A stretch of DNA of 64,000 nt, taken from positions 4,650,001 to 4,714,000 of the forward strand of contig CM120641.1 in NCBI GenBank assembly GCA_051362555.1, given 5' to 3'. The notes beneath the pieces are model-generated. The model ran no database searches and was not told where the DNA came from. It was given only the letters and a program-made list of their open reading frames with translations. Within the stretch, counting starts at the first letter, position 1. Every line of letters starts with the position of its first letter. This document shows positions 52,319 through 64,000 of this stretch, in pieces. This DNA is from Lingula anatina. Lineage: Eukaryota; Animalia; Brachiopoda. A program made the position numbers and the translations under genes.

Positions 52319-53620
52319 AGGTTCAAAGAGGGAGAGGTCAACTCTAGAGTTCTTACAACTTACCAACTGTGCAATGCAACACCTTGTTATATGCATGTAT
52401 CAGTTAGGCATATAACACGAAAATGTTCATTTTGAGCTGAAATTTAAAATGGATGAAGTAGATTTGTGGGTAAACATATCTCAAATGCTTTGTTTGTGCA
52501 TAATAAAATTGATGTTAAACTTGTAAAAATATGCCAGTTTTATATACTGACAGTCATTGAAAACACATCAGAAAACTTTCTTGTACTTTTTTACTGAGAA
52601 TCCATTCCAACCATGTAAAGGAGTACAAATGCACTTGTTTGGTCATAAGAGATTGGGATGACCACTATTTCATATTTCACACAAACACTTCTTTTCTTAA
52701 TGTGCCAAAGGAACTTTTATATTTTTTGATAAATATTAAATGATGCGTTTTCATTGACTGTCAGTTTATATTTATTTTCATTAAGATAAAAATGAGAAGT
52801 TATACAAAGAAAAATTATTAAGAGGAGAGAAATATTGTGGTAGTGTAAAGTCTCTTTCTTAAAATGTATGAAATTTAATGTAATTTAATACATTCTTTAG
52901 TACAGTGCAGTCCTCAGTTACTTGACATTATATGTTGTACCTACCCATCTCGCACTGTTCAATTAGATTATTAAAACACTGTATTTGCAACATTTATTGC
53001 AATAAAAAATGTTTTTTAATCTGATAATCGCTGTGCACTTAATCCTGTGAATTGGAGAAAGTGATAAAATCCAACCAGAAATTATAATCAACGTCAAACT
53101 ATATAGAAATCTAACAAACTACCTGTGAAACAATGAAGAGTCTGGAGAAAACACACAACAGAGACGTAATGAAAACCCCCGATTCGCATGTACAAGGCAA
53201 CTAAGTTCTCTGAGCATCTACGGCTTAGTTCTATCTCACGTAAGCCCTTTGTGAGTGAAGACGAGGCAGAATTGGTACAGTTGCTTTTAGTATTTTTAAT
53301 GCCCTTTGCTTTATTATACTTAGGAAGTGAAATCATGACGTGTATGTACAGCAGACAGTTTGCCCCCACGGCATGAATTAATTTACCAGAATTTACCAAA
53401 ATGTTCACAAAAAACCTGAATAGGGCTAAAAGGGAAAAGTGTAAGCTACTTTCATTCTTCTTCATTTTATTGGGGTAAACTATAAAAACTAGAGGATCAG
53501 AGAGTTGATACTGCCTCCAGGTATTGTACCACCAGCTGGAGTACGCGCATTCTTATGGAAAACTAAAGAAAGGGACACCACCTCCAGTGTTGTGATTGGC
53601 AAGCTCTACAAAATGCAGTA

Positions 53621-53920
53621 AACAAGAGTTCTATATTTTTTGTTAAAAATTTCACTTTATAACAAAATCATGGGGAAATTTTAAAGGTCAAATCCAAGTT
53701 TGTGAAGTGCCGTTCATGGTAAAAAGGTCAAAGGTCAAATTCAAGGTCACATATTGCCAGTATATGATTTCCTATTCAAGTTTAATAGTAACTATGGGCA
53801 TATCTCTGCCAGCTTTGGAGTATTTCACATTTAATTTTCACCACTGAATTTTGCGGCACTGTACTTTTTGATATAGCGCAACTCCTAAACCATATCTACT
53901 GGGTAGAACAAACAAACAAA

Positions 53921-53953
<33 letters not shown>

Positions 53954-54075
53954 ACCTTCAGTATAGTGCATTTTTTTACCATAAACTGAACTTTGCAAGT
54001 TTTCCATCCATTATATCTCCAAAACTGGCAGAGATACGCCCATAGCTACTATTGACCTTGAATAGGAAGTCATTT
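53621..54075. repeat. Degraded interspersed repeat rich in AAGGTCA/TGACCTT motifs
   Basis: Starts aaacaagag; aaaggtcaaaggtcaaattcaaggtcac; tatgatttcctattcaag mirrored by cttgaataggaagtcat. Confidence 0.45.
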
Positions 54076-54732
54076 ACTCTGTCTTGCCATTTGTTGCTCA
54101 ACCCATCCCTGCAATGTGATTCTTTGCTTTATACCATTTCTAATTAATTAGTTCTTAATCACTGATCAGTCACTAAGATAGCTTTTTCTTCCCTCAACCT
54201 AAGAGAGAAATATCAACATCAAGTACTTTTGTTTGAGGTGATTAACATTTTCAAAGTTTGAATGGGGAAAGATGAATAGCTTTGCAGGACATGTGGACAT
54301 AGAAAATACCTTTCGGGCATTTTCAAACATTAACAGTAAATCTTTCGTCCAGGTGACAATTTTTTTTATAGAATTATATTTCTTCATTTAGTAGTTCAAA
54401 ATAGGATGGTCAGAAATACCAAAAATGGTGATTCAAAATGTTTATTTATGTTTCAAAATTCCGTTTGTGTATATCATCCCTAAAACTAAGCCTAATAGTT
54501 GCACATTTCAGTACTTTGTTTGGTTTGGTTAAAAAATTAATCTTTGTAGGGCAAATAATCTAATAAATCTGCTGTCAGTGCAGGTATTATTCTGAAAGTA
54601 GCAGGGTTTTTTTTCTACCCACAAAACCTTTGATCACTCACAACTTACTATATTAGAAGCTTACAATGTAATAACATAATTATATTATAAGAATATAAGG
54701 CCTTTTGGCATATGCAGAAACTATGAACCTTA

Positions 54733-54946
54733 CACCCCATTTCCATAGATTAGATCGACCTACTTTGGATTGACCTAACTCCCTGGGGGTTCGCGCTGAA
54801 TAGCTGCCAGCCAGGCGGACACGAAAGTTAATTGCCACTTACGGCTTGTAGTGGGCGGGGACGGACACTTAAGGGGGATTATCTGACGGTAGTCTGGTGA
54901 GACTCCCCGCGGTGATAGATCGATCTAAAGTTGTGGGAATAGACCC
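54733..54946 (-). mobile_element. Harbinger/Tourist-like MITE, second copy of the 25352 family
   Basis: Reverse complement matches 25352-25566; TTA/TAA flanks. Confidence 0.8.
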
Positions 54947-55056
54947 TAAGTCTGATAGAAACATAATCTAAAAATAGTTTATTGCATGTTTTGGTGATGA
55001 TTTTGTTGAAAAAAAAAAAAAAAAAAACAACCTTGTCGTTACTATTGACCTCCAGT

Positions 55057-55204
55057 CAGGGCCGTAGCCTGAGCAAAATGCCAGGGGGGGCAGTAAGCGG
55101 ACACGAGGGGGCGAAGCTACCGAGGGGGGAGGGTGTGGTGTGTAAAATTCCAAATTCCAGGGGGGGCAGCTGCCCCCCCTGCCCCCCCGGAGGCTACGGC
55201 CCTG
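55057..55204 (+). mobile_element. 148-bp hAT5-like MITE, copy 1
   Basis: TIR cagggccgtagcc / ggctacggccctg; TSD CCAGT. Confidence 0.93.
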
Positions 55205-55318
55205 CCAGTAATATATCTGATGTCAAGGAACATTTCAAAGTTTTAACATGGTGACTGTCCAAGCATATACTCATAAATACTAATATTTACAATATAACTC
55301 TCAGTAATCGAATGTTAG

Positions 55319-58300
55319 TTAAAATAACTGTTGCATATGTTTTGGGTCTGTAGGCATTACACTCCTTGAATCTTCTCCTCTCCCACACAACAAGCATTCC
55401 ATTTCATACATCTGAAAAAAAAATGAAAACACTGCCATCACTTTTATAGAGCAACAGGTATTTCCTCACAATCACCTCAATGTGAATCACACCATGTCTC
55501 AGTTTTGTAATATAAAATTCAATACTAGTACACTCCCTGGCACAAAGTTGGAAATATAAAAAAAATTATACATGTATCACATAAATGTCAGATATGAAAT
55601 TGAAATTAATAAATCATAATTTCTCAAATTAACTAATCTATAAAATAATCTTCTACTTAGCTTTGAAGTTGATTGCTATATCAGTGCAGCAATCTAACTT
55701 TAATCTACTAATATAAATGTCACATTCATATCTACATGCAAATCTTTATTCCACATATACTAGTTTGATGTAATATTGATTTTACATATGTACATGCACT
55801 TCAAACTTCAAATATTCTCTCCTAGATCTCAAAACATATTGACCCTTTTGAGCTTTTGTTTTTATAGCCCTTGCATCAGCTCAAATCCATGGTTCTAAAT
55901 AATAATCTTCTATCTTATTGAAAAATTAGACTTGCCTGATATTCATCATCTTCAACATAAAATGAGTATCTATGATTGGCTATAATGTGGCCGCATTCTT
56001 GGCAGACATCTGAAAGAAAAAGCTTGTTACAACACAAAATATAAGTACATTTGTACATGTACTGCAACAGTTGCATTTTTAAATATATCCATAAAATGAA
56101 ATGACAGATCATCAATGACACCAAAAAATATTATTTTAAAATTGGATACACTGGAAATTACTAGTACTAGTATGTGAGACAATACAACAGGTTCAGTCAA
56201 TATTCCCCAGACTAGTACCTTTCTGACAATATTTTATCCAAGGCATTTTCACAAGTGTGTTATGCGTGTAAATAATCTGTGTGCTACAGAGATCTAGATG
56301 AATAATATGCTTACGCTGATATGTTATCAACTCTTCCCCATCTTCTTCTTCTTCTGTTCTGTTAACTATTTTAACATCACCCAAATTATTGCAATGTGCA
56401 CACTTGGCAAAATTCATCAGGTAGGATCCAGTTTCAATGCATACAGTTTCCTATAATATTCAATGTTAATGTATAAAATTAATACCAAATAAATTTTTAC
56501 TGCTATAAAAAGGAGTGTTAAGGAGGGAATGTAGGTTTGAGATTTTCTCTTAAAATAAAGGTCTTGGCTTTTTTATTCCTGTCACATTCATTTAACGTAT
56601 CTTCAAAATATCTAATTATGCTTGGAACACAGCTTTAACTTCATCGTGTGACGTAATATTGGGATTTTGGGGACAAAAACACCATTTTTATACACCTGAT
56701 TTTCTCAGGCACCTGGACAGCTATAAACTTGCTTTTGATGTCATTATGACACTTGAACAAAGTACTACAGCATGGAGTCAGGGATTTTTCTTCAGACACT
56801 TATTGTTGATTTTATCTATAAAAACGTGAAATTACATCAAAATATTAGGGAATTTTCACTTTCAAAGTCTATAAATTAGAAAAGAGAGGATCAATCAAAA
56901 TTTCTTAAAAAGCACTTTTAGAGCATACTGTTCATAATTAGCATGGTGAATTTGGTCTCCCTCAGGTGTACAGGTAGATAGTTAAAGCTTGTTAAGATAA
57001 CGCTATCTCGTCAATATTGAAAGCAAAGAAAACGAGCAAAAACCCTTTCAGTGAAGTTAATTGTCCATATAAGCAAATAAAATTGTTGACAGCTTTACCT
57101 GTTATCATTCTGACGATCGCGAAGATGGGTACTCTTTTGCCGGTTGAAATTAGCTTGTTTGCATGTATTTGGATGTCAGAAAATCTTATTTTTATATCAA
57201 TCTCACCTCCTGTTAGTAACTTCAAGGGGTTACCGCTAGCACTGCCAGAATGATTGACAGGCAATCAAGTAAGCCCTAATGACCCAAGCAATCAGTGGCC
57301 ACGTCAATTGCCGTCGGGGAAAGTGTTAGGGATGCGCTCTAGGATGTGCACACAATAGCAGCATCGCATGCGGTCTTGTCCACATTCGCCAAGCGAAAAA
57401 TGGTTCGAAAACACGGTCGTGTTACAGGACGCCGATCGGACCACCAACAACAAGAAATAGACGCAACCAGAAAGGCTTTGTTAGAGGAAATGTCTAAAGT
57501 TGGGTGAGTCAGGAAAAATTCTGCGATAATTGTTGAAGAAAAAAAAAACACTATGTCGGCCTTTAAAGTGCGTACATGAATCCAGAACTTTACCTAGAAT
57601 TGATGCTAAGGCTAATTCTCCAGCTCATAATTCGGAAAAATCAAAATGTTTATAATAAGCTCTTTCGTGACCTCAGCCTGATATAGTTCGCGCGGAGTCT
57701 AGCGATATCATTAGATTTATTTGCTTTACTTTCTTTAATGCACATGTATTGAACCTATGCGCCACCCAGTGAATAATTATGCTAGAGTGTGGGCTCAAGT
57801 CCTGTATTTACGCAAAACAATCTTGTGTGTTATTCCAGTATATTCCATACAGGTGACTTTAATAAGCAGAGAATTTCTTTATATTCCGTGAAAAATACAC
57901 TAAATTTATATAAAATAATATCATGGTTGGCCAAAAAAATGTACGCACAGTGCATCCGTGCGTATGCCTAGTTACCCCCATGTATATTTTTAAAATCTAA
58001 CACTAAACTGCATCGACCTGTTGGCGAAAATGGATAGAAAGAATGACGATTGTTGTCACGGGTAGCAAGCAACGGAATTTTCTTCTTTTCTTTTGCGTAT
58101 CTCAAAAAGTTAACAAGAAAATCGAAAGAACGCGTGTAACAACAAGCAATATTCAAGGGAGAACGAGTATTTCGAGCAAATCCAATGTGTCGGAAAAGAT
58201 TCATCTTAGCGCTGATCACAATCAAGAGAGACTATCAAAACAGCTTAAGCGGAACAATAGGCACTGCTTTGCCGATCGCTGTTTATGACAAAGGGGGCAT

Positions 58301-59153
58301 GGCGCATCCCTGTTCTATTGTTTCCCTAGACGTGCTGATGCTGCTAAGGTCCGCCCACCGAGTTTACCCATGCCAACGGCCCTTGACAACGAAGGCGGGG
58401 CATATACCAGGCCACCGCTGTCGATGTGTGCAGCATCAGAATAATCAGAAAAAACAAATTTTTTGTTCAAAATGTAAAAATTTTATTCTGTTAAACGTTA
58501 AATACACGTTTAACCAATAATTAGACATAAAAAACCAAAAATGGCTATTTTTAGCTATATTTGGGTACATCCGCTCCTTAATGCATGGGTTTTTGTGCTA
58601 GGCATTGTAATATTTTTTTAGAATTTTACAGCTTTTAAACCTCTTCTGCTAAGAAACAGTACCAACTTTTTAAATTATTGACTAATCTATTAAGGTCATT
58701 TATTTTTGGGAGTGGGAGTTGCAAGCTGCCATTGATGTTTAACAGCACAGATAATTCGAAAGAGGGCAAAATGTTCATCACGCACGACAATGAAACGATA
58801 CCATCACTACATGTACCAGTACATGTACTGTACTGTACATTATCATGTACTAGGACGAAAATTCATAGTCTGTGCTTACAGACAGTACATATCAGAATCG
58901 TCAATAGGAGTGGTAATGCATGAATTTTCGGGCTAACTACTGTACATAAACTCAGTACATGTACATACATGTACACTGTCAATCATTGAACATTTTATCT
59001 TATTCATTACAAACTTAAACAGCCGATCTTCATCATGCAGTAATTTAGTCTAGTTTTGTTTAGAATTAAATTATGGAATTATGGAAATATTTAGAAATAA
59101 GGAAATCTTGGTACCCTGTCAGGATATTCTTCCTTTACCCAGTCTAGGCACAT
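55319..59153 (-). CDS. CHURC1: Churchill zinc-binding protein; complement join(59115..59153,56315..56450,55936..56009,55319..55411), 113 aa
   Basis: MCLDWVKEEYPDRETVCIETGSYLMNFAKCAHC...[28 protein letters not shown]...YEMECLLCGRGEDSRSVMPTDPKHMQQLF matches Churchill end to end; intron 3 has a GC donor. Confidence 0.95.
56522..58577 (+). mobile_element. About 2.06-kb TTAA-flanked DNA transposon relic (Kolobok-like) in CHURC1 intron 1
   Basis: TTAA|GGAGGGAATGTA ... TACATCCGCTCC|TTAA (imperfect TIR); CpG-richer interior with decayed coding fragments. Confidence 0.65.
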
Positions 59154-59410
59154 GCTGCCACTTTGTTTGCTTCCTTCATTTTGGCCTCGTTCCCATGTCT
59201 AAACCTCGTTGTTACGTGATATTTTATTTGTTGTTTTGATTGATGAAGCAAAATAAACCAATAGCATATTTTGTTACAACTGCACGAATCTGATGAGTTC
59301 CGCTTCCGGCACAGCTTCCTAGCAGACGATTGACTCCTCGGTGCATACATTAAATTAGTAGACTCTCTACGGAATGCAACAAAATGAGAGTCGTCACTGC
59401 CAAAGGTGTG
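59154..59410. promoter_or_regulatory. Putative compact bidirectional promoter between CHURC1 and the uncharacterised gene
   Basis: Head-to-head arrangement; ETS-like CTTCCGG at about 59303; plus-strand donors at about 59405 and 59476. Confidence 0.45.
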
Positions 59411-59779
59411 ATTTCTCAAATAGGCAATAACAATCTGCCTATTTTAAAGGCCGAAGAAATTGAAAATGTAGTCAAGGTAGATAATGTTTTGATAAATAAA
59501 AAAAATTTAATACTAGTGTTTAATTTGTTTTAAAATTAAAAATTGTTGTTAAATACAGTGATCAGTACAAAAATATGATAAAGTAGAGTGTAAGATTACA
59601 TAATTAAAGGGAAGTGCACCATGATAAAAAAATAAGACATGGAAATTATTGTCGAAATTATTATCATAGCCTGAATATTGTATGTAGCTACCTGGGTACA
59701 TGTACATGTATATATGGATCTGAAACCCAATTTTTAAACATTTAAAAAAAATAATATTGTGATATTAATATTAATATAG

Positions 59780-62177
59780 GTTTCTACAAAAAGGAAAATT
59801 CAAGCATTGGAAAGCAAGTGGAATGAAGTCCAATCTTCACTGAATTGTGCAGCTCTACTTAATACCCCAGATATGAAAAAACAATGTCACCAAAGACTTT
59901 CAGTCTTAGCTACTCCAAATTTACATTGTAGGAAAGTTTCTTCAACACAAAAACTCGCAAATAATAACATTTTGGAATGTGACTCTTTCATGAAGCAATT
60001 TACACCCCTGATGAATCTCAGTTTCAGTCAGCCAAATACCCCCCATCAAGTGCCTGATTATTTTTCATCTGACTGTAAATGTAGAAGGTAACTATTTATT
60101 TACAGACATTTATCATTTTCAAACTTATCATTACCCTAAATAAGCTGATAGTGAATGATGCATGTATAACTGACAGTATTTGAAGTAGTCTACATTAAAA
60201 TCTCAGGGCAGATCGACCCACTAGCCAGGTGTATCCCTTTACAATAATCTCAAGGTTTGGTGGCGCAACCAGGGCCGTAGCCTGAGCAAAATGCCAGGGG
60301 GGGCAGTAAGCGGACACGAGGGGGCGAAGCTACCGAGGGGGGTGGGTGTGGTGTGTAAAATTCCAAATTCCAGGGGGGGCAGCTGCCCCCCCTGCCCCCC
60401 CGGAGGCTACGGCCCTGGCAACTGAGGAGGATATATAAGGGAAACTGAATAATAATTTATTGTCAATTCTTGCAGTAAAATAACTGATATTGAATTTCAT
60501 TGTGTTGATAGTATTTATTAGTATTTTGAGAGATTGGATGGAGAGTGACTAGATTTATCATCCCATGTTCAGTTTGTTAAAACTTTTACAAAGCAATCAG
60601 ACTTTTAACACTTAAGACAGTCACAGTTTTTTTATGAGCTTTTATACTTCAGCTGTTTCTCATTTTAACTCTAAATTTTAATTAAATTGTCCTTTCAATA
60701 TATTAATTGATAAATCATTTTATTTTCACATCTTAAACTTACTGTATCATTTACATATATTTTTTCAACTCTAAATTTTTATTTAACTTGGCAAGAGTAC
60801 AGTTTAACTACACTAAGGAGAATATAGTGTGAAAAAAGCATTAAAGATATAATCACCTTGCATTATTTACAATATTTTCTAGCTATGAGAATGTCTTCAA
60901 GTGTATAACTGTATTTTTTAGCATTTTTGATCCTGCTGAAGAGGTGCTTTTCTTGTCAAACAGTCGAAAGGCATGGGATGATTCCCAAGTTCCTGACATC
61001 CTTGAAATGATAGGTGAGTTTCAAGTAATTATAACAAGAGAGGCAATATTGCCATAAGCAAGTGAGAAGTTCAATATAAATAATACTATGGACAACTGAT
61101 CATGATAATGTTGTATTATCTGTATTATTACACTAAATTGAGGATTAATTACCAGTAGTTGACAGTTCTCCTTCCCAGCAAACAGGAATCATGTATGTGC
61201 TCCCCCTTAAGAAGATATATAAGATGCATTTCTGTAACAAATATAGAATTATTATCTTTAAAATGTTTGAATTTATTTATGTTTTTAGATGATGAAAGTA
61301 AATCAGTCCAAATGGTAGAACAGCACATAAAGAAGGAAACTGAAATAGAAGTCACAGATGACAATGTTACAGATGTTATTCTTGATCTGTCTGTTTCACT
61401 GTGCAGCAATGAAAACCAAGAAGTATACATACCATTTTTTTGTTTTTGTTTGTTTTTTTAACTAATTAATTTTTGCAATGTGAATTTAAATGTTATCTCT
61501 GTTATAAATGTATATTATGGCAAGTTCTTGTTAATTCATGCATTTTGTTTGTTCCTCAGATTATGTTTGAAAGATTCAAACCCATCAAAAGAAGTCAAGG
61601 AAAACATTGTAAAGTTTTAACTGCATCCGATGAAAGGGCCATTAATAAGCACAACGAGAAAAAGAGAAGGGAGAGATTTAAACAAAATCATAATCCTCAA
61701 CCTAGGAGACAGGTACTAGTACATGTACAGTATATACATACTAGTGCTGTATTTAAAGCTGATTGTCACAAGCATTTTATTGCATGGATGACAAAAAGAA
61801 AGTGTCCGATGCGTGCGGGCTTATTAAAAATACATATATATATTATTATTTTTTTTTTTTTATTTTATTATTATTATTTTTTTTTTTTTTTTTTTTTTTG
61901 CTTTCAAACACCTTATGTGCCTATTTATCATACAAGCATATTGATGATTAGTACATGTACTGGTATATATGGTACAGAAAGTAACAACAAACAACACAGC
62001 GCCACTGGGCTCAGGTGCATTTCTTCTCTCTTTCAGTGCCTAATGCAAAGAGTGCCAAGGGCAGTTGCATGTCAAAATCTATTGCCCCTCGGGGCTACAT
62101 GCCCAAGCATGAAACTCCAAGAAAGAGAAATGAAATTGAAAAAACCAGTTGTTTTGCTTCAACGTTTGAGCATGTGA
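59780..62177 (+). CDS. Uncharacterised protein; join(59780..60087,60883..61013,61289..61422,61560..61712,62037..62177), 5' end unresolved
   Basis: Five AG/GT-bounded exons chain in one frame (about 288 codons) to TGA at 62177; possible 27-nt upstream exon at 59450-59476; no family recognised. Confidence 0.75.
60270..60417 (+). mobile_element. 148-bp hAT5-like MITE, copy 2
   Basis: One visible substitution relative to 55057-55204; TSD GCAAC. Confidence 0.93.
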
Positions 62178-63158
62178 AATTTTCGTGGAGTTTGAAGGAC
62201 AGACTTTGAAATATTGTCAAATATGTGTGTTTTTTTAATGCTTGCAGATTCTAGATAAAAATCAAAATATAAACTGTTATTTCACCTGTTCAACTACAGA
62301 TTATTGTCTCTTGAAATTATACTGGGTATATAAACAAGGAGTTGCAACAGAATGTTGAAACATCTGTTATAACTCCTTGGTATAAACAAATAAACTAACG
62401 TTAAACAGTAGAGCTCGTTTGTCTTGTTGCTGTTTGAATTTTTTATTATCTATTTGATTCCTATAAAATTTAACCGAAAAAACAATGTAACACCGATTTA
62501 TCATTCGATTGACGCACCGCGTGAAGATAAAAATATTATAATCCTTTGTAGCCACTTGCAATACTCACACACAACAACAACAGCTTTGCGTCGTTTTTAC
62601 TGATTTATTAAACCGTCAACTGAAAAAAATAATTGAAATAAAATAAGAAAATCATCTCATATTCTTGCCCTAGTTCTTTTATATAATGCTATTAAGTCGC
62701 TTAAATAACATCTTTACTTAACAGTTGCATGTTATCCTATCTTTATCTCCAAAATATAAGTAACTCTTACCGACTTTGGGCTATTCTAGTGTAATGCAAG
62801 CGACTGGGTTCTAAATGATTGTGTAGTAAATCTCATCTGGCGCAACTTATGGGCCAGATTCCTGTTACAAGAACACTTGTAATTACGGCTGTCTCAGCAT
62901 CTAATATCAGCCGATCTCATTCCACGTGGAATCACATTCTATCCCATCATTATCATAAGCGCGCTAAAAACAATTGTTACTCAACACCGATGCGACAAAC
63001 AAGTGAGTAGCGCGTCCAAAGTAAAGAAATAAGATTTATCTATAAAACACTGCTCTGGCAGTAACATTCTTTTACGTTTGTTTACATCACATGACTGGCC
63101 ATGTGACGATAGGAATTCCCTTTTCTGTTCTGCTTTGGAAACGAGGCTTGGAGGAGAA

Positions 63159-63613
63159 ATGGCAACTCTGCCAGCAGTCCCGCCTCCTCCACCTCCAGCC
63201 CCTCCTAGCAGTATTGGAATAATACGAGGAACACCTTCATCTCTGAAGGAGACACAGTGTGATGCAGCATACCCAGACTGTAAGACAGAATTACGAAGAG
63301 CCTGCACGTTTCTCAAAAATAGGTGAAGTCCTCGAGGAAATTTGCTCTTGACTTGAACTTGAAAATTTTTGCCGGGGGATTTGTACAAACATCAAAGTAT
63401 ATTTTATTCGGTCTCATTTGAATGTAAGATCAACACTGACAGCAGTGTAATCACAAGTCAAGTTCCTTCTAACAGTCTGCGTTTGATTATTATGGCAGTA
63501 AAAAGGCTTGGTTGATTTACAGCATTATTTTCTGTTTACTGTAGATTGCCCGAAGACACTATCCTGCTTTCTCATAACCAGGTTGTTGCTTCCATACTGC
63601 AGGAAGGACCCAT
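63159..63613 (+). CDS. ACTMAP: Actin maturation protease (C19orf54/UPF0692), first two exons; join(63159..63322,63545..63613), continues beyond the window
   Basis: Proline-rich N-terminus VPPPPPPAPP, then VASILQEGP matching the conserved SLIQEGPQCGL motif before the catalytic Cys. Confidence 0.75.
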
Positions 63614-64000
63614 GTAAGTAAACCTCCATAAGATGTGTGTTTTGTATCGGATAAAAAGTTTAATATGATTCCATTTGGTCTAATGGGAATGCTTTTCCCT
63701 TAAATGCATCTGTACAGATGTTTTGGTGAAGGAAAAATGTTGCACAACTAACACATTCGTGCACCAAAATTCATAATCATTAATGCTACTTGGTCTCATT
63801 TGTGTCTTCTATTTGGAATTTGTTCCTCTTTTCAGGTGATTGTTGTGCAAAAATTTTGCAACAACATGAAATTAGCTACCAAAATTCAACATGAAATCTC
63901 TTGGATCTTGTTGATTGATCCAAAGATGCCAACCAAAAGAAAAAAGAAAATATAAGTCATTTTTAAGCTGCAGTTGTTGTAAAAAGCAATCGTATTCATC

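Noticed and set aside
60140-60230. Possible intronic C/D snoRNA (ATGATG...CTGA)
   Set aside because: Boxes too close together, no terminal stem, and no recognisable guide.
61713-62036. Hydrophobic poly-F/Y segment in the 234-aa ORF
   Set aside because: A T-rich intron that is open by chance between two exons.
62981-63388. 135-aa minus-strand ORF
   Set aside because: Antisense to ACTMAP exon 1; the poly-Gly mirrors the poly-Pro codons.

Overview
AT-rich, intron-containing animal DNA (invertebrate-like; the species cannot be determined from the sequence). Exon chains rebuilt by hand from splice signals give five recognisable genes: a stargazin/TARP-like CACNG (+), casein kinase 1 delta/epsilon (-) with several alternative C-terminal tails, an MGAT4C-like glycosyltransferase (+) with altered catalytic motifs, Churchill/CHURC1 (-) with a GC-AG intron and a Cys5->Trp change, and the 5' end of ACTMAP/C19orf54 (+). 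There is also an unrecognised multi-exon gene (+) and a possible gene start at the left edge (-). Introns hold many non-autonomous DNA transposons: Helentron-type HINEs (nested, dimeric, and inverted around one MGAT4 exon), Harbinger MITEs, hAT-like MITEs with 5- and 6-bp TSDs, and a TTAA-flanked Kolobok-like element. Most short ORFs in the supplied track are spurious. Family names come from remembered motifs, not database searches.
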